From NCBI GenBank assembly GCA_965208635.1, contig OZ242349.1, positions 2,049,769 to 2,113,768 on the forward strand: a DNA stretch of 64,000 bases. The letters are read 5' to 3'. Source of the DNA: Candidatus Poribacteria bacterium. GTDB lineage: Bacteria > Poribacteria > WGA-4E > WGA-3G. Made by a program: the position numbers and the translations under genes. Under the pieces are notes generated by a model. It did not search any database. It worked only from the letters and a program-made list of their open reading frames with translations, and was not told the DNA's origin. Positions 1 to 8,460 of the stretch are shown piece after piece (the stretch's first letter is position 1; each line of letters starts with the position of its first letter).

Positions 1-28
1 CTAAGGCTTCTGCGTCAAAAACTGGCAT
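1..28 (-). CDS. 5' end of a minus-strand gene that runs off the left edge (9 codons, MPVFDAEAL)
   Basis: ATG at 28..26 with AAGGAG (complement of 35..40) 6 nt upstream. The product cannot be determined from 9 codons. Confidence 0.3.
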
Positions 29-181
29 GAGTCTCTCCTTATCTATCGCTTCAGTTTTGAGGTACTCTGTAAACAGAGAAAGGTCTTGACTACTCAATGT
101 AGTGTTAAGAATACCACAAAAGATTGCGAAAATCAAACTTTTCAACGATAGGCGAGCATCACCCAATATTTAAAAATTTCC

Positions 182-210
182 TTGCAATCGATTGAACCTT
201 GTGCTAAAGT
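182..210 (+). promoter_or_regulatory. possible sigma70-type promoter (TTGCAA-17 nt-TAAAGT) for the oxidoreductase/PhyH gene pair
   Basis: TTGCAA at 182..187, a 17-nt spacer, then TAAAGT at 205..210, about 55 nt upstream of ATG 265. Confidence 0.3.
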
Positions 211-264
211 ACGGATACTCCGACCCAGAAAATTGAGTGAATATTGAGACGAAGGAGCAGCACA

Positions 265-1218
265 ATGCTTAAAGCAGGATTTATCGGTGCAGGGGGACGC
301 AGTCAAGGCGCACATTATCCCAGCGTGAATCGGCTGGAAGATGATGTCGAGATGCTCGGAGCCTGTGAACTCGACGAGGAGAAACTCGCACAGGTTGCCC
401 AGAAATATGAGTTTCCGCACACCTTCACAGACCATAGGAAGATGTTGGATACCTTAGACTTAGATGTCGTTTATTGTGTGATGAACGAGAAGTGGATTTT
501 GCAACCCGCCCTGGATTGCCTGAACGCAGGCAAGCATCTGTTCATCGAAAAACCGCCGGGGGCAAATAGCGACGAAACGCAACAACTTCTTGAGGCGGCA
601 GTCGCCAACGATGTCTATTGTATGGTAGGGTTTCAGCGCAGATATGCCGCTGTTACGCGCGAAGCCATGCGACGCGTCGCAGAAAAGGGACCTGTCACAT
701 TAGCCGTCACCACCTTTAACAAGCAAATGATCGGGCAGAACCGAGAATTTACGACAACGCTTTGGAACGATGTTTGCCACGTCGTCGATTTACTCCGCTA
801 TATGGCAGGTGGTGAGCCAGTGGAAGTCACAGCGCATCGCGACACATTTGCTGCGGAACAACGCAATTTCTACACCGCCTTCGTCCGTTTCGATAACAAC
901 GTCACAGGCGTGCTTTTTGGGAGTCGCGCATCAGGTGGACGCGTCCTGCGTTCCGAATTGCACGGTGTCGGCATCGGCTGCTACATGAAAATCCCAGAAG
1001 AAATCGAAATTCATGAGGACAACAACAAAAGTGTTATGGGAGGTTGGGAAGTTGACGGTGTCGACGAGCGCGACACACCGAACTATGAAGGGGTGCTGAC
1101 CATGCATCGCCATTTCGCCGATTCTGTCCGCAACCGGCAAGTCCCGCTGACAGACCTCCGTGATGTTATACATTCTATTCGTTTTGTTGACCAAATAGAG
1201 GGCCCGCTACCGGATTAA
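265..1218 (+). CDS. Gfo/Idh/MocA family NAD(P)-dependent oxidoreductase
   Basis: N-terminal Rossmann motif MLKAGFIGAGGRS and an FIEKPPG motif. A GAAGGAG SD lies just upstream of ATG 265. The track ORF starts at an upstream TTG at 244. Confidence 0.8.
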   Translation: MLKAGFIGAGGRSQGAHYPSVNRLEDDVEMLGACELDEEKLAQVAQKYEFPHTFTDHRKMLDTLDLDVVYCVMNEKWILQPALDCLNAGKHLFIEKPPGANSDETQQLLEAAVANDVYCMVGFQRRYAAVTREAMRRVAEKGPVTLAVTTFNKQMIGQNREFTTTLWNDVCHVVDLLRYMAGGEPVEVTAHRDTFAAEQRNFYTAFVRFDNNVTGVLFGSRASGGRVLRSELHGVGIGCYMKIPEEIEIHEDNNKSVMGGWEVDGVDERDTPNYEGVLTMHRHFADSVRNRQVPLTDLRDVIHSIRFVDQIEGPLPD

Positions 1219-1263
1219 CAGATTCGTGTCCTTGGATAAACATCACACATTGGAGATTAACCT

Positions 1264-2127
1264 ATGCTTGACGAACGCCATCTACAACACCAGATTACTG
1301 ACGAGCAACTCCGCGAGCTAAACGAAAACGGGCATTTTACCGTTGAAGGTGCGCTTCCGCCAGATCTCGTCGAACGGCTTGAAACAAAGGTAGACTCCAT
1401 CTACCAGAACCATCTTGACGCTGGCTACGATCCATATAGCAAGAATCAACTCACTGAGCATAACAACTTCTTCTATCCGAATTTTCTCGGCACAGACCAA
1501 GTTTTCGTGAATATTTTAGATTGGTATAAAACGTTCCCGAAGGTCTGGGGAATCTTGGGATGGAATATCTACTCCTACCACAGCCATTTCATTATCACGC
1601 CACCGCGACCCGATGAGGTACGCGGTAAACCTGCCCCACTCGGTTGGCATCAGGATAGTGGACGCGTTAACTTTGAGATCGAAAGTTCACCGCGACCCCG
1701 CTTGTCCATAAAAGTCGTTTATTGGTTATCCGATTGCTCCGAAGTAGGGCGCGGGAATTTCTACGTCATACCGGGAAGCCATCTCTGGGATAAACTCGAT
1801 CGACCAGAAGACGGTGCGATGCCGGAGGGTGCAACGCCAGTTTGTTGCAAACCCGGTGACGCAGTCTTTTTCGACCGACGGATATGGCACGCCCGTAGCG
1901 AAAACGATTCAGACATCACCCGAAAGGGACTTTTTTACGGATACGGCTACCGGTGGCTACGGAGTAAGGACGACATGACCATACCCGCAGAGATGTTTGA
2001 GCGGAACGATCCGATTCGACAGCAGTTGCTCGGTGGTGGTACCAACGCAAACGGGCATTTTACACCCAAAGATGCAGATGTGCCGCTGAAGGTATGGCTT
2101 GAAGAAAAAGGCATCATTTCTAACTGA
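1264..2127 (+). CDS. phytanoyl-CoA dioxygenase (PhyH) family Fe(II)/2-oxoglutarate oxygenase
   Basis: LGWHQDSG (HxD), VIPGSHLW and RRIWHARS motifs. A GGAG SD lies upstream of the ATG. Confidence 0.75.
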   Translation: MLDERHLQHQITDEQLRELNENGHFTVEGALPPDLVERLETKVDSIYQNHLDAGYDPYSKNQLTEHNNFFYPNFLGTDQVFVNILDWYKTFPKVWGILGWNIYSYHSHFIITPPRPDEVRGKPAPLGWHQDSGRVNFEIESSPRPRLSIKVVYWLSDCSEVGRGNFYVIPGSHLWDKLDRPEDGAMPEGATPVCCKPGDAVFFDRRIWHARSENDSDITRKGLFYGYGYRWLRSKDDMTIPAEMFERNDPIRQQLLGGGTNANGHFTPKDADVPLKVWLEEKGIISN

Positions 2128-2179
2128 AATCACGAGGTTACTGAAACACAAAACGGTGCGATGCTAAACGCAAATTTAC

Positions 2180-2208
2180 TTGACACCTATAGCAAAATAG
2201 CGTATAAT
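2180..2208 (+). promoter_or_regulatory. consensus sigma70 promoter (TTGACA-17 nt-TATAAT) upstream of the tandem peroxiredoxin gene
   Basis: TTGACA at 2180..2185, exactly 17 nt of spacer, then TATAAT at 2203..2208, 36 nt upstream of ATG 2244. Confidence 0.55.
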
Positions 2209-2243
2209 TTCATTAACAACGTATCTAACGGAGGCATAACGCG

Positions 2244-3245
2244 ATGTTTCAAACGCGACTGAATGCAAGCGTCTGGGCTGTTATCCTCATAACAGCGATT
2301 TTGATTCCAGCAGCTTCAGGGGAGGAAGCAGTGACAACGCCAAACACACTAAAAGTCGGCATGGTCGCCCCCGATTTCACACTGAAAGACGAAGAAGGCA
2401 CCGAGCGAAGCCTTAGCGACTATTTAGGGAAAAAGAATATCGTTCTCGCTTTCTATCCAAAAGATTTTACAGGCGGATGAACGACTGAACTTTGCTCGCT
2501 CCGGGATAATTTGAGCGAGATAGAAGCCACCGAGAGTGTCCTTTTCGGTGTCAGTGTTGATTCCGTCGAATCGCATAAGCGGTTCCGGACAGAACAGAAA
2601 TTCGGATTCTCACTCTTAGCCGACACCGAATTTCAGGTGAGCAACCAGTACAGTGGTATCATTGAAAGCTTTAACGCCTCAAAACGGACAACTTTCATCA
2701 TCGATAAAGCCGGGTACATCCGTGCCATTGATACAGATGTCAATGTCAAAACGCACGGTGAAGATGTCGCTGTATTGCTTAAGGAAGTCCTACCAAAGAT
2801 AGAGGTCGGGCAACCCGCTCCAGATTTTATTGCGACCGATGGAACCGGTGAAACGCATCAACTCAGCGAATTGCATCAGGAAAAGAACGTCGTATTGGCA
2901 TTTTACCCACGCGATTTTGGGCGTGGCTGAACGGCTCAAGTTTGCTCACTCCGTGATGAGTCGAGTCATTTTGCGAAATACGATGCCCAAGTTTTTGGGA
3001 TTACAGCGAATGATGCGGATTCGCACCAAAAATTTTCGGAAGAAAATCAGTTGAACTTCCCGCTTTTGGTAGACACCGGACGCAATCTCGCACTCCTCTT
3101 CGGTGCGACGAATGCCCCAGATGGAAAAATCCAACGGTTAGCCGTTATTATTGATAAAACAGGGAAGATTCTTGAAATTGATAAAGAGGTTAACGCAAGC
3201 ACACACGGTGCAGACTTAGTTGATTTCTTCAAAACTCTCGATTAA
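2244..3245 (+). CDS. bcp: secreted tandem (two-domain) BCP/PrxQ-type peroxiredoxin with two in-frame UGA codons (2478..2480 and 2928..2930) at the peroxidatic-Cys positions; putative double selenoprotein
   Basis: Track ORFs 2244..2480, 2511..2930 and 3051..3245 share one frame and are separated only by the two TGAs. Read-through gives FYPKDFTGG-U-TTELCSLRD and FYPRDFGRG-U-TAQVCSLRD, which match the Bcp active site FYPKAMTPG-C-TVQACGLRD. The N-terminus looks like a signal peptide (MFQTRLNASVWAVILITAILIPAASG). A GGAGG SD is present. Confidence 0.8.
2495..2519 (+). promoter_or_regulatory. bacterial SECIS-like hairpin after UGA 2478
   Basis: 7-bp stem ctcgctc/gagcgag (2495..2501 / 2513..2519) with loop cgggataattt. 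The loop starts 21 nt after the UGA and has G at loop position 2. Confidence 0.55.
2944..2966 (+). promoter_or_regulatory. bacterial SECIS-like hairpin after UGA 2928
   Basis: gctc+actc (2944..2951) pairs with gagt+(c bulge)+gagt (2958..2966), loop cgtgat. The loop again starts 21 nt after the UGA with G at position 2. Confidence 0.45.
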
Positions 3246-3348
3246 AAAACCAAAGGACCCTGAAAATCCCAGGTCCCGTATAGAATTAACCAGAAACCTG
3301 CCCGAAACGTAGTGGAGGGCAGCCCAGGTTCAATCGTTTAAAAAATTG

Positions 3349-3963
3349 ATGGAGCATAGCGACTTATCGACAATTCCGGCTCGCATCGCGTGGGGCACCT
3401 CCGTTCTCTTCAGCCCATTTTTGGTCCCAATCGCAACCGCTGTTGGTGTCATCCAAAAACATGCGGCTCCCCAAGACGCACTCCGCTGGCTGGTAATTGT
3501 TGTCCTATTTGTTACCGTGCTACCGGTACTCTCGATTGCAGCGATGGTCCGGTATGCTAAAGTCAGCGATCTGCACTTGCATAACAGGGAAGAACGACTC
3601 TTACCTCTATGCTGTACACTTGTCAGTATGATTGTAGGGACCGTCCTATTGCACCAACTCGGTGCGGCACGGGAAATCGTGTGGGCAGGTATCGCTTACA
3701 TTGTAAACAGCCTTATTTTTTCTGCAATTACCCCGATGTGGAAAATAAGTTTTCACAGCAGTGTCGCCACTGGATGTGTTACCGTCCTTGTCATGCTTGT
3801 CAATCCACAATTCGGTTGGCTATTTCTGCTGATCCCACTGATTGTTTGGGCGCGAGTTTACCGAAAACGACACACACTTCTCCAAACCATCGTCGGCGCA
3901 GTGCTCGCTGTTGGCAATACGGTATTTATTTTGAATATGGCGAAACTGGGGGGACACAGTTAA
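3349..3963 (+). CDS. polytopic membrane protein with distant PAP2-like motifs
   Basis: About 6 hydrophobic helices. KISFHSS and ARVYRKRHTLLQ loosely resemble PAP2 motifs 2 and 3, but the final Asp is not conserved. Confidence 0.35.
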   Translation: MEHSDLSTIPARIAWGTSVLFSPFLVPIATAVGVIQKHAAPQDALRWLVIVVLFVTVLPVLSIAAMVRYAKVSDLHLHNREERLLPLCCTLVSMIVGTVLLHQLGAAREIVWAGIAYIVNSLIFSAITPMWKISFHSSVATGCVTVLVMLVNPQFGWLFLLIPLIVWARVYRKRHTLLQTIVGAVLAVGNTVFILNMAKLGGHS

Positions 3964-3998
3964 AGGATAAGAACGTTCATCTTTACTGCTTCATTAAT

Positions 3999-4073
3999 CA
4001 TCAGCAGTTAGCAGTTAGCAATCAGCAAAGAGGTTTCGTTTAAAGATTTCCTCTTTACCGACCGCTGAAAGGA
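3999..4073 (+). repeat. interspersed repeat family B copy (heptamer array plus hairpin core)
   Basis: Heptamers cagttag cagttag caatcag caaagag are followed by the hairpin aaagagg(4027..4033)/cctcttt(4050..4056) and then accgaccgctgaaagg. The architecture matches 7341..7415 and 36391..36456. Confidence 0.6.
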
Positions 4074-4090
4074 CTTTTGAAAAAATCTAA

Positions 4091-4114
4091 GGGAAATACC
4101 CAAGCAAAAACACC
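4091..4114 (-). repeat. short interspersed motif C (GGTGTTTTTGCTTGGGTRTTTCCC), reverse orientation
   Basis: gggaaatacccaagcaaaaacacc is the reverse complement of the motif at 45890..45914. A variant lies at 5857..5880 and a partial copy at 10748..10762. Confidence 0.55.
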
Positions 4115-4124
4115 TAACCGCCAT

Positions 4125-4907
4125 TTATCGTGGATGTTTCAGGGGTGGTAGGTTATCCCAATCACACTCAAGGCAGAAAATGCCTTCTCTACCGAGTTGG
4201 CGTACACGCCCGCCACACTCAGGACATTTTACAAGACGAACGGAGTTCGCTTCTTCGGTACTCGGTGGAAACATGAGCAATTGCTCTATCGGCAAAGCCT
4301 GTCCGCGTTCTCCCACGAGCTCCAATTGCACATTTTCAATTATATCACGGGTATCCAGTTTAAACGGCGGCGGTGAATTTCGAGTGAGATTGATAAAATC
4401 GCTACGGTAGACCCGAATTGTGTCATCCTCCCGCACCTGTCGTATAAAAAGCGTATATTTATCCGGTGCTACCAAATAAGCCGCGGTGTCTAAAATGTAT
4501 CTGCGCGGTTTGATGGCTATCTCATAGCCTCCGTAGTGCAGGATAGAAGGACTCGTATCGGGTTGCATCTGACAGATTTCAAAGAGCTCATGAGAACGGG
4601 ACGCAGAGAGAATCAATGCATATTGTCGACAAGGATGTTCAGAGAGGCGTTCAAACGGCAGAAAAGCCTCCGACTCCGCATTATCCCGGAGGAACGTAAT
4701 AAATGTCGTATAAGCGTTCTCAGTGGCTTCTTGCAAGATTAACTGGCTTAACCGCCGAGGTTGCGCTGTCCGTTCCATATCGGTGCCGCCAATTTCCCGC
4801 GAGTAAAGCTCCACTTGCACATCAACATCAATAGGTTGATTTTCATCATTGATACGCTGTAAACGCTCTACGGGTTGGTCTGCGATTTTCAGAATAAAAG
4901 GTAACAT
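4125..4907 (-). CDS. hypothetical protein with C-terminal zinc-ribbon (CPECGG...CLEC)
   Basis: 260-aa ORF with a C-terminal CxxC-x13-CxxC motif. I recognise no other domain. Confidence 0.5.
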   Translation of the reverse strand: MLPFILKIADQPVERLQRINDENQPIDVDVQVELYSREIGGTDMERTAQPRRLSQLILQEATENAYTTFITFLRDNAESEAFLPFERLSEHPCRQYALILSASRSHELFEICQMQPDTSPSILHYGGYEIAIKPRRYILDTAAYLVAPDKYTLFIRQVREDDTIRVYRSDFINLTRNSPPPFKLDTRDIIENVQLELVGERGQALPIEQLLMFPPSTEEANSVRLVKCPECGGRVRQLGREGIFCLECDWDNLPPLKHPR

Positions 4908-5072
4908 AGCAACCTACATAAACTCCTTAACCGAAGAATGTAATAAGTTTAGCACAGATTTCGTGTTTTGTCCAATTTTTTTTCAAAACCGTAACACCAT
5001 ACACAGCATAGATTTTAGTTTCATCTTTTTCCATCTTATGCTATATTAATTAAATCAGAAAGGATACACACC

Positions 5073-5819
5073 ATGTCAGGACACTCCAAGTGGTCAACAA
5101 TTAAACACAAAAAAGCCGCAAACGATTCCAGACGGGGCAAACTCTTCTCAAAACTGGTGAAAGAGATTACCGCATCAGCACGCGGCGGCGGCGGCGATGT
5201 GGACATGAATCCAAGACTCCGCACTGCAATTGCAGCAGCAAAATCAAGCAACGTCCCTAACGATAACATTGAGAAAGCCATCCTTCGAGGCACCGGTGAA
5301 CTTGAGGGTGAAACCTACGAGGAAATCCTTTATGAGGGCTACGGACCCGGGGGTGTCGCAGTAATGATAGAAGTTCTGACCGATAACCGCAATCGGGCAG
5401 TTGCGGAGATTCGACACACGTTCACCAAACATGAAGGAAGAATCGGAGAGCGTGGATGCGTCGCATGGGGCTTTGATAAATGCGGATTGATCGTCGTTAC
5501 GCCTGATAGCATCGATGAAGAAGAACTGTTCCTCATCGCGGTCGAAGTCGGTGCGGAAGATGTAACCGCTTCCGAAACAGGTATGGAAATCGTTACACCC
5601 TTTGAGATGTTTGATAGTGTTTTAACGGCAGTTCAAGAAACATCCGCTGAAATCCAACTCGCTGAAATCAGTATGATTCCACAAAACACCGTTAAACTTG
5701 ATGGAAAAGAAGCCGAACGGATGCTCCGCCTCATGGATGCCCTCGACGAACTCGATGATGTACAGAAAGTCTACGCCAATTTCGATATTCCCGATAACCT
5801 TTTAGAAGCCGCAGCTTAA
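5073..5819 (+). CDS. yebC: YebC/PmpR family DNA-binding transcriptional regulator
   Basis: Diagnostic N-terminus [28 protein letters not shown]. Sits in the conserved position upstream of ruvC. Confidence 0.9.
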   Translation: MSGHSKWSTIKHKKAANDSRRGKLFSKLVKEITASARGGGGDVDMNPRLRTAIAAAKSSNVPNDNIEKAILRGTGELEGETYEEILYEGYGPGGVAVMIEVLTDNRNRAVAEIRHTFTKHEGRIGERGCVAWGFDKCGLIVVTPDSIDEEELFLIAVEVGAEDVTASETGMEIVTPFEMFDSVLTAVQETSAEIQLAEISMIPQNTVKLDGKEAERMLRLMDALDELDDVQKVYANFDIPDNLLEAAA

Positions 5820-5856
5820 TTACCGCATCTAAATCGTAGCCTGTAACAACGACGCA

Positions 5857-5880
5857 GGGTTTTTGCTGGGGTGTTTCCCC
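5857..5880 (+). repeat. motif C variant fused to a family A-like stem (gcctgtaacaacgacgcaggg)
   Basis: gggtttttgctggggtgtttcccc lies directly after gcctgtaacaacgacgcagg, in the yebC-ruvC spacer. Confidence 0.45.
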
Positions 5881-5899
5881 CAGATATACGGGAAAGTAC

Positions 5900-6451
5900 A
5901 TGAAGCTCCCAACTCACCTGACCGAACCGCAACGGATAAGTAAAAGAATAATTCTTGGCATTGATCCGGGCATTGCGAATACTGGATACGGCGTGGTTGA
6001 AGCGCACGCGAATCGTCTCATTTCGCGGGGCTTCGGAAACATCAGAACCAGCCCAAAAACAGCACCAGAGGTACGGTTGAAACAAATTTACGATGCCGTA
6101 ACCGATCTGATTGCCAAATTCACTATCGAGAGTATAGTGCTTGAAGATATTTTCTTTAGTAAAAATATAAGCAGTGCGTTCGCTGTAGGTGAAGTTAAAG
6201 GTATTGTGAAACTCGCGGCGGCGAATGCGGATCGTCCCGTTACTGTGTATACACCGACCCAAGTCAAACAGGCAGTTGTTGGTTACGGAAAAGCCACGAA
6301 ATCCCAGATGCAGAAGATGACACAAGCACTGCTTAAACTCAAGGAACCACCTCGCCCTGATCACGCAGCAGATGCCCTTGCGCTCGCGCTCTGCCATGCC
6401 CGCTCCTACAAAGTCCTTCAACTCCGTGAAAAATACACTCGTCGCAATTGA
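5900..6451 (+). CDS. ruvC: crossover junction endodeoxyribonuclease RuvC
   Basis: ILGIDPGIANTGYGVVE and a C-terminal DAADALALALCH motif. Part of the ruvCAB synteny. Confidence 0.9.
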   Translation: MKLPTHLTEPQRISKRIILGIDPGIANTGYGVVEAHANRLISRGFGNIRTSPKTAPEVRLKQIYDAVTDLIAKFTIESIVLEDIFFSKNISSAFAVGEVKGIVKLAAANADRPVTVYTPTQVKQAVVGYGKATKSQMQKMTQALLKLKEPPRPDHAADALALALCHARSYKVLQLREKYTRRN

Positions 6452-6496
6452 TTACATTTGCCCAAAGAAAACCAGAAGGAAAATTAAAATACGGCT

Positions 6497-6531
6497 GTCA
6501 GCCGTCAGTCGTCAGCAATCAGCAAAGAGAG
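6497..6531 (+). repeat. heptanucleotide tandem array (family B, truncated)
   Basis: The array reads gtcagcc gtcagtc gtcagca atcagca aagagag. Confidence 0.6.
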
Positions 6532-6552
6532 AGTATTAAACCCAAACCCGTA

Positions 6553-6636
6553 GCCTGCAACAATACACAGACGGATTTGAGGAACGCACGTAAAAGTTGA
6601 GATGTCCGTTGTTCCTCCGCAAGGGAAAATTAAAAA
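6553..6636 (+). repeat. interspersed repeat family A copy that ends exactly at the ruvA start codon
   Basis: gcctgcaacaa...ccgcaagggaaaattaaaaa is followed immediately by ATG 6637. Shares both ends with 10725..10831, 32921..33005, 40026..40111(-) and 50250..50420. Confidence 0.7.
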
Positions 6637-7239
6637 ATGATTTCTTATATCAAAGGGGTTCTCGCAGATAAGGAAACCACACAGATCATTGTAGACGTAA
6701 ATGGTATTGGATATACGATCGACGTGTCACCGAGAACTGTAACGGATTTACCCCCTATCGGCGATACTGTTACGCTTTACACCTACTATCATCAAAACCG
6801 AGACAACAAAATTACGCTCTACGGGTTCACCTCAAAGGACGGACGCAAAGTTTTTGAATTGGCTCTGACGGTCTCCGGTGTAGGACCCGCCCTTGCACAA
6901 AACATCGTCGCGCGGCTATCACCTTCACAATTCCAACGCGCTGTCCATCGCGGAGACGCAACGACCCTCATGCGGGTGCCTCGTTTAGGCAAAGACATCG
7001 CCCAAGTCATCATCACCAAACTCAAAAAGAACATTATGAAATTGAAACTCGAAGGTGATGTCGATCTCGGAAAACCCGCTGGGGTGCCAGCTGCAGAGGC
7101 AATCCAAATTCTCGTCAATACCCTCGGGGCATCGGAACTTGAAGCAGAGCAAGCCATCGATAAGGCACAACAAGTTCTCGGGGAGTCTGCGCAACGAGAA
7201 AACCTCATCGCGCAAGCCCTCCGATATATCCGAAATTAG
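6637..7239 (+). CDS. ruvA: Holliday junction branch migration complex subunit RuvA
   Basis: MISYIKGVL N-terminus, an HhH region (GVGPALAQNIV, VPRLGKDIAQ), and ruvCAB synteny. Confidence 0.9.
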   Translation: MISYIKGVLADKETTQIIVDVNGIGYTIDVSPRTVTDLPPIGDTVTLYTYYHQNRDNKITLYGFTSKDGRKVFELALTVSGVGPALAQNIVARLSPSQFQRAVHRGDATTLMRVPRLGKDIAQVIITKLKKNIMKLKLEGDVDLGKPAGVPAAEAIQILVNTLGASELEAEQAIDKAQQVLGESAQRENLIAQALRYIRN

Positions 7240-7340
7240 TTTTTAACTATGGTTGTCGGGGCGGGTTTCTACGCAACCCTTTCAGTTTAAACCATCAACT
7301 CGCCTCAGTTATAAATGTTAAAGCACGAGTTGATGATTAA

Positions 7341-7415
7341 AGTTTTCGGTCACAAGAGAGTTCTACTCAACGCGAACCTCTTAACTGAAAACCGATCACT
7401 GACAACTGATAACTG
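7341..7415 (+). repeat. interspersed repeat family B copy (core plus heptamers), upstream of ruvB
   Basis: agttttcggtcacaagagag...cctcttaactgaaaaccgatcactg acaactg ataactg. The inverted partner lies at 8461..8556. Confidence 0.65.
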
Positions 7416-7434
7416 TCCGTGTTAGGACACCAAA

Positions 7435-8460
7435 ATGGATAATCACGAAATACAAGATTTCGACCGGATGCAAGATTTGGCGGAAGAAGATGACGACTTT
7501 GGATACAGCCTCCGTCCGGAAACGCTCAGCGAATTCATCGGACAGGAAAAAGCAAAAGAGCAGCTTCGTATCCATATTGAAGCCGCCAAAAAGCGCGGGG
7601 ACGCACTTGAGCATGTGCTGCTTGTGGGTCCACCGGGGCTTGGGAAGACCACACTTGCACGTATCATCGCCAATGAAATTCAGAGCAGCTATAAACAGGC
7701 GATCGGTCCCGTTATGGAGAAACTCGACCTCGCCTCAACCTTGATGAACCTCGACCAAGGGGATATTCTGTTTATTGACGAAATCCATCGGATGAAAGGA
7801 TATGTTCAGGAACTGCTCTACCCTGCGATGGAGGATTATCAATTAGATTTAGCCATCGGTCAAGGTCCCGCATCGGATGTTGTGCAAATGCCCCTTAAGC
7901 AATTCACACTCGTTGGTGCGACAACACGTGAAGGTTTGCTTACGGGACCCTTTCGCGACAGGTTCGGCATCCGTATCCATCTCGATTACTATGAACCAGA
8001 AGACATCCAACAAGCGATTCGCATTAACAGCGCAAAACTTAACATCAATATCGATGAACATGCGGAATACACATTAGCGTGCCGCTCGCGTGGCACGATG
8101 CGGATCGCGAACAAACTGCTCGCTAACGTTAGAGACTACGCCCAAGTCGAAGCAGACGGTGCTCTCTCACTTGAGGTTGTGGAAGAGGCACTCAAATTCT
8201 TTGACATTGATGAACGTGGATTAAACGCACAAGACTACGCTTATTTTCAGACACTTATTGAAAAATTCAATGGACGTGCGGGGCTCAAGGCACTCGCTGT
8301 CGCCCTGAGTGAAGATGAACGCACTATTGCAGAGGTTTACGAACCCTACTACATTAAAGAGGGATTTTTGATGCTAACACCCGGCGGACGTGTCGCAACC
8401 GACGCCGCCCATGAGTACTTCGACTATCCTGTAGGGTCTCAACAATCACTGTTCTATTAA
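7435..8460 (+). CDS. ruvB: Holliday junction branch migration DNA helicase RuvB
   Basis: Walker A GPPGLGKTT, Walker B ILFIDEIH, and full-length AAA+ RuvB-like sequence. Confidence 0.95.
   Translation: MDNHEIQDFDRMQDLAEEDDDFGYSLRPETLSEFIGQEKAKEQLRIHIEAAKKRGDALEHVLLVGPPGLGKTTLARIIANEIQSSYKQAIGPVMEKLDLASTLMNLDQGDILFIDEIHRMKGYVQELLYPAMEDYQLDLAIGQGPASDVVQMPLKQFTLVGATTREGLLTGPFRDRFGIRIHLDYYEPEDIQQAIRINSAKLNINIDEHAEYTLACRSRGTMRIANKLLANVRDYAQVEADGALSLEVVEEALKFFDIDERGLNAQDYAYFQTLIEKFNGRAGLKALAVALSEDERTIAEVYEPYYIKEGFLMLTPGGRVATDAAHEYFDYPVGSQQSLFY

Noticed and set aside
3246-3345. Hairpins after the peroxiredoxin gene (ggaccctg/caggtcc near 3253..3280 and ctgccc/gggcag near 3299..3325) as intrinsic terminators.
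   Set aside because: The stems are short or bulged and neither is followed by a T-tract, so I do not call a terminator.
5816-6421. 201-aa minus-strand ORF overlapping ruvC.
   Set aside because: It lies fully within the well-supported ruvC gene on the opposite strand, and its Cys/Arg/Phe-rich sequence is not protein-like.
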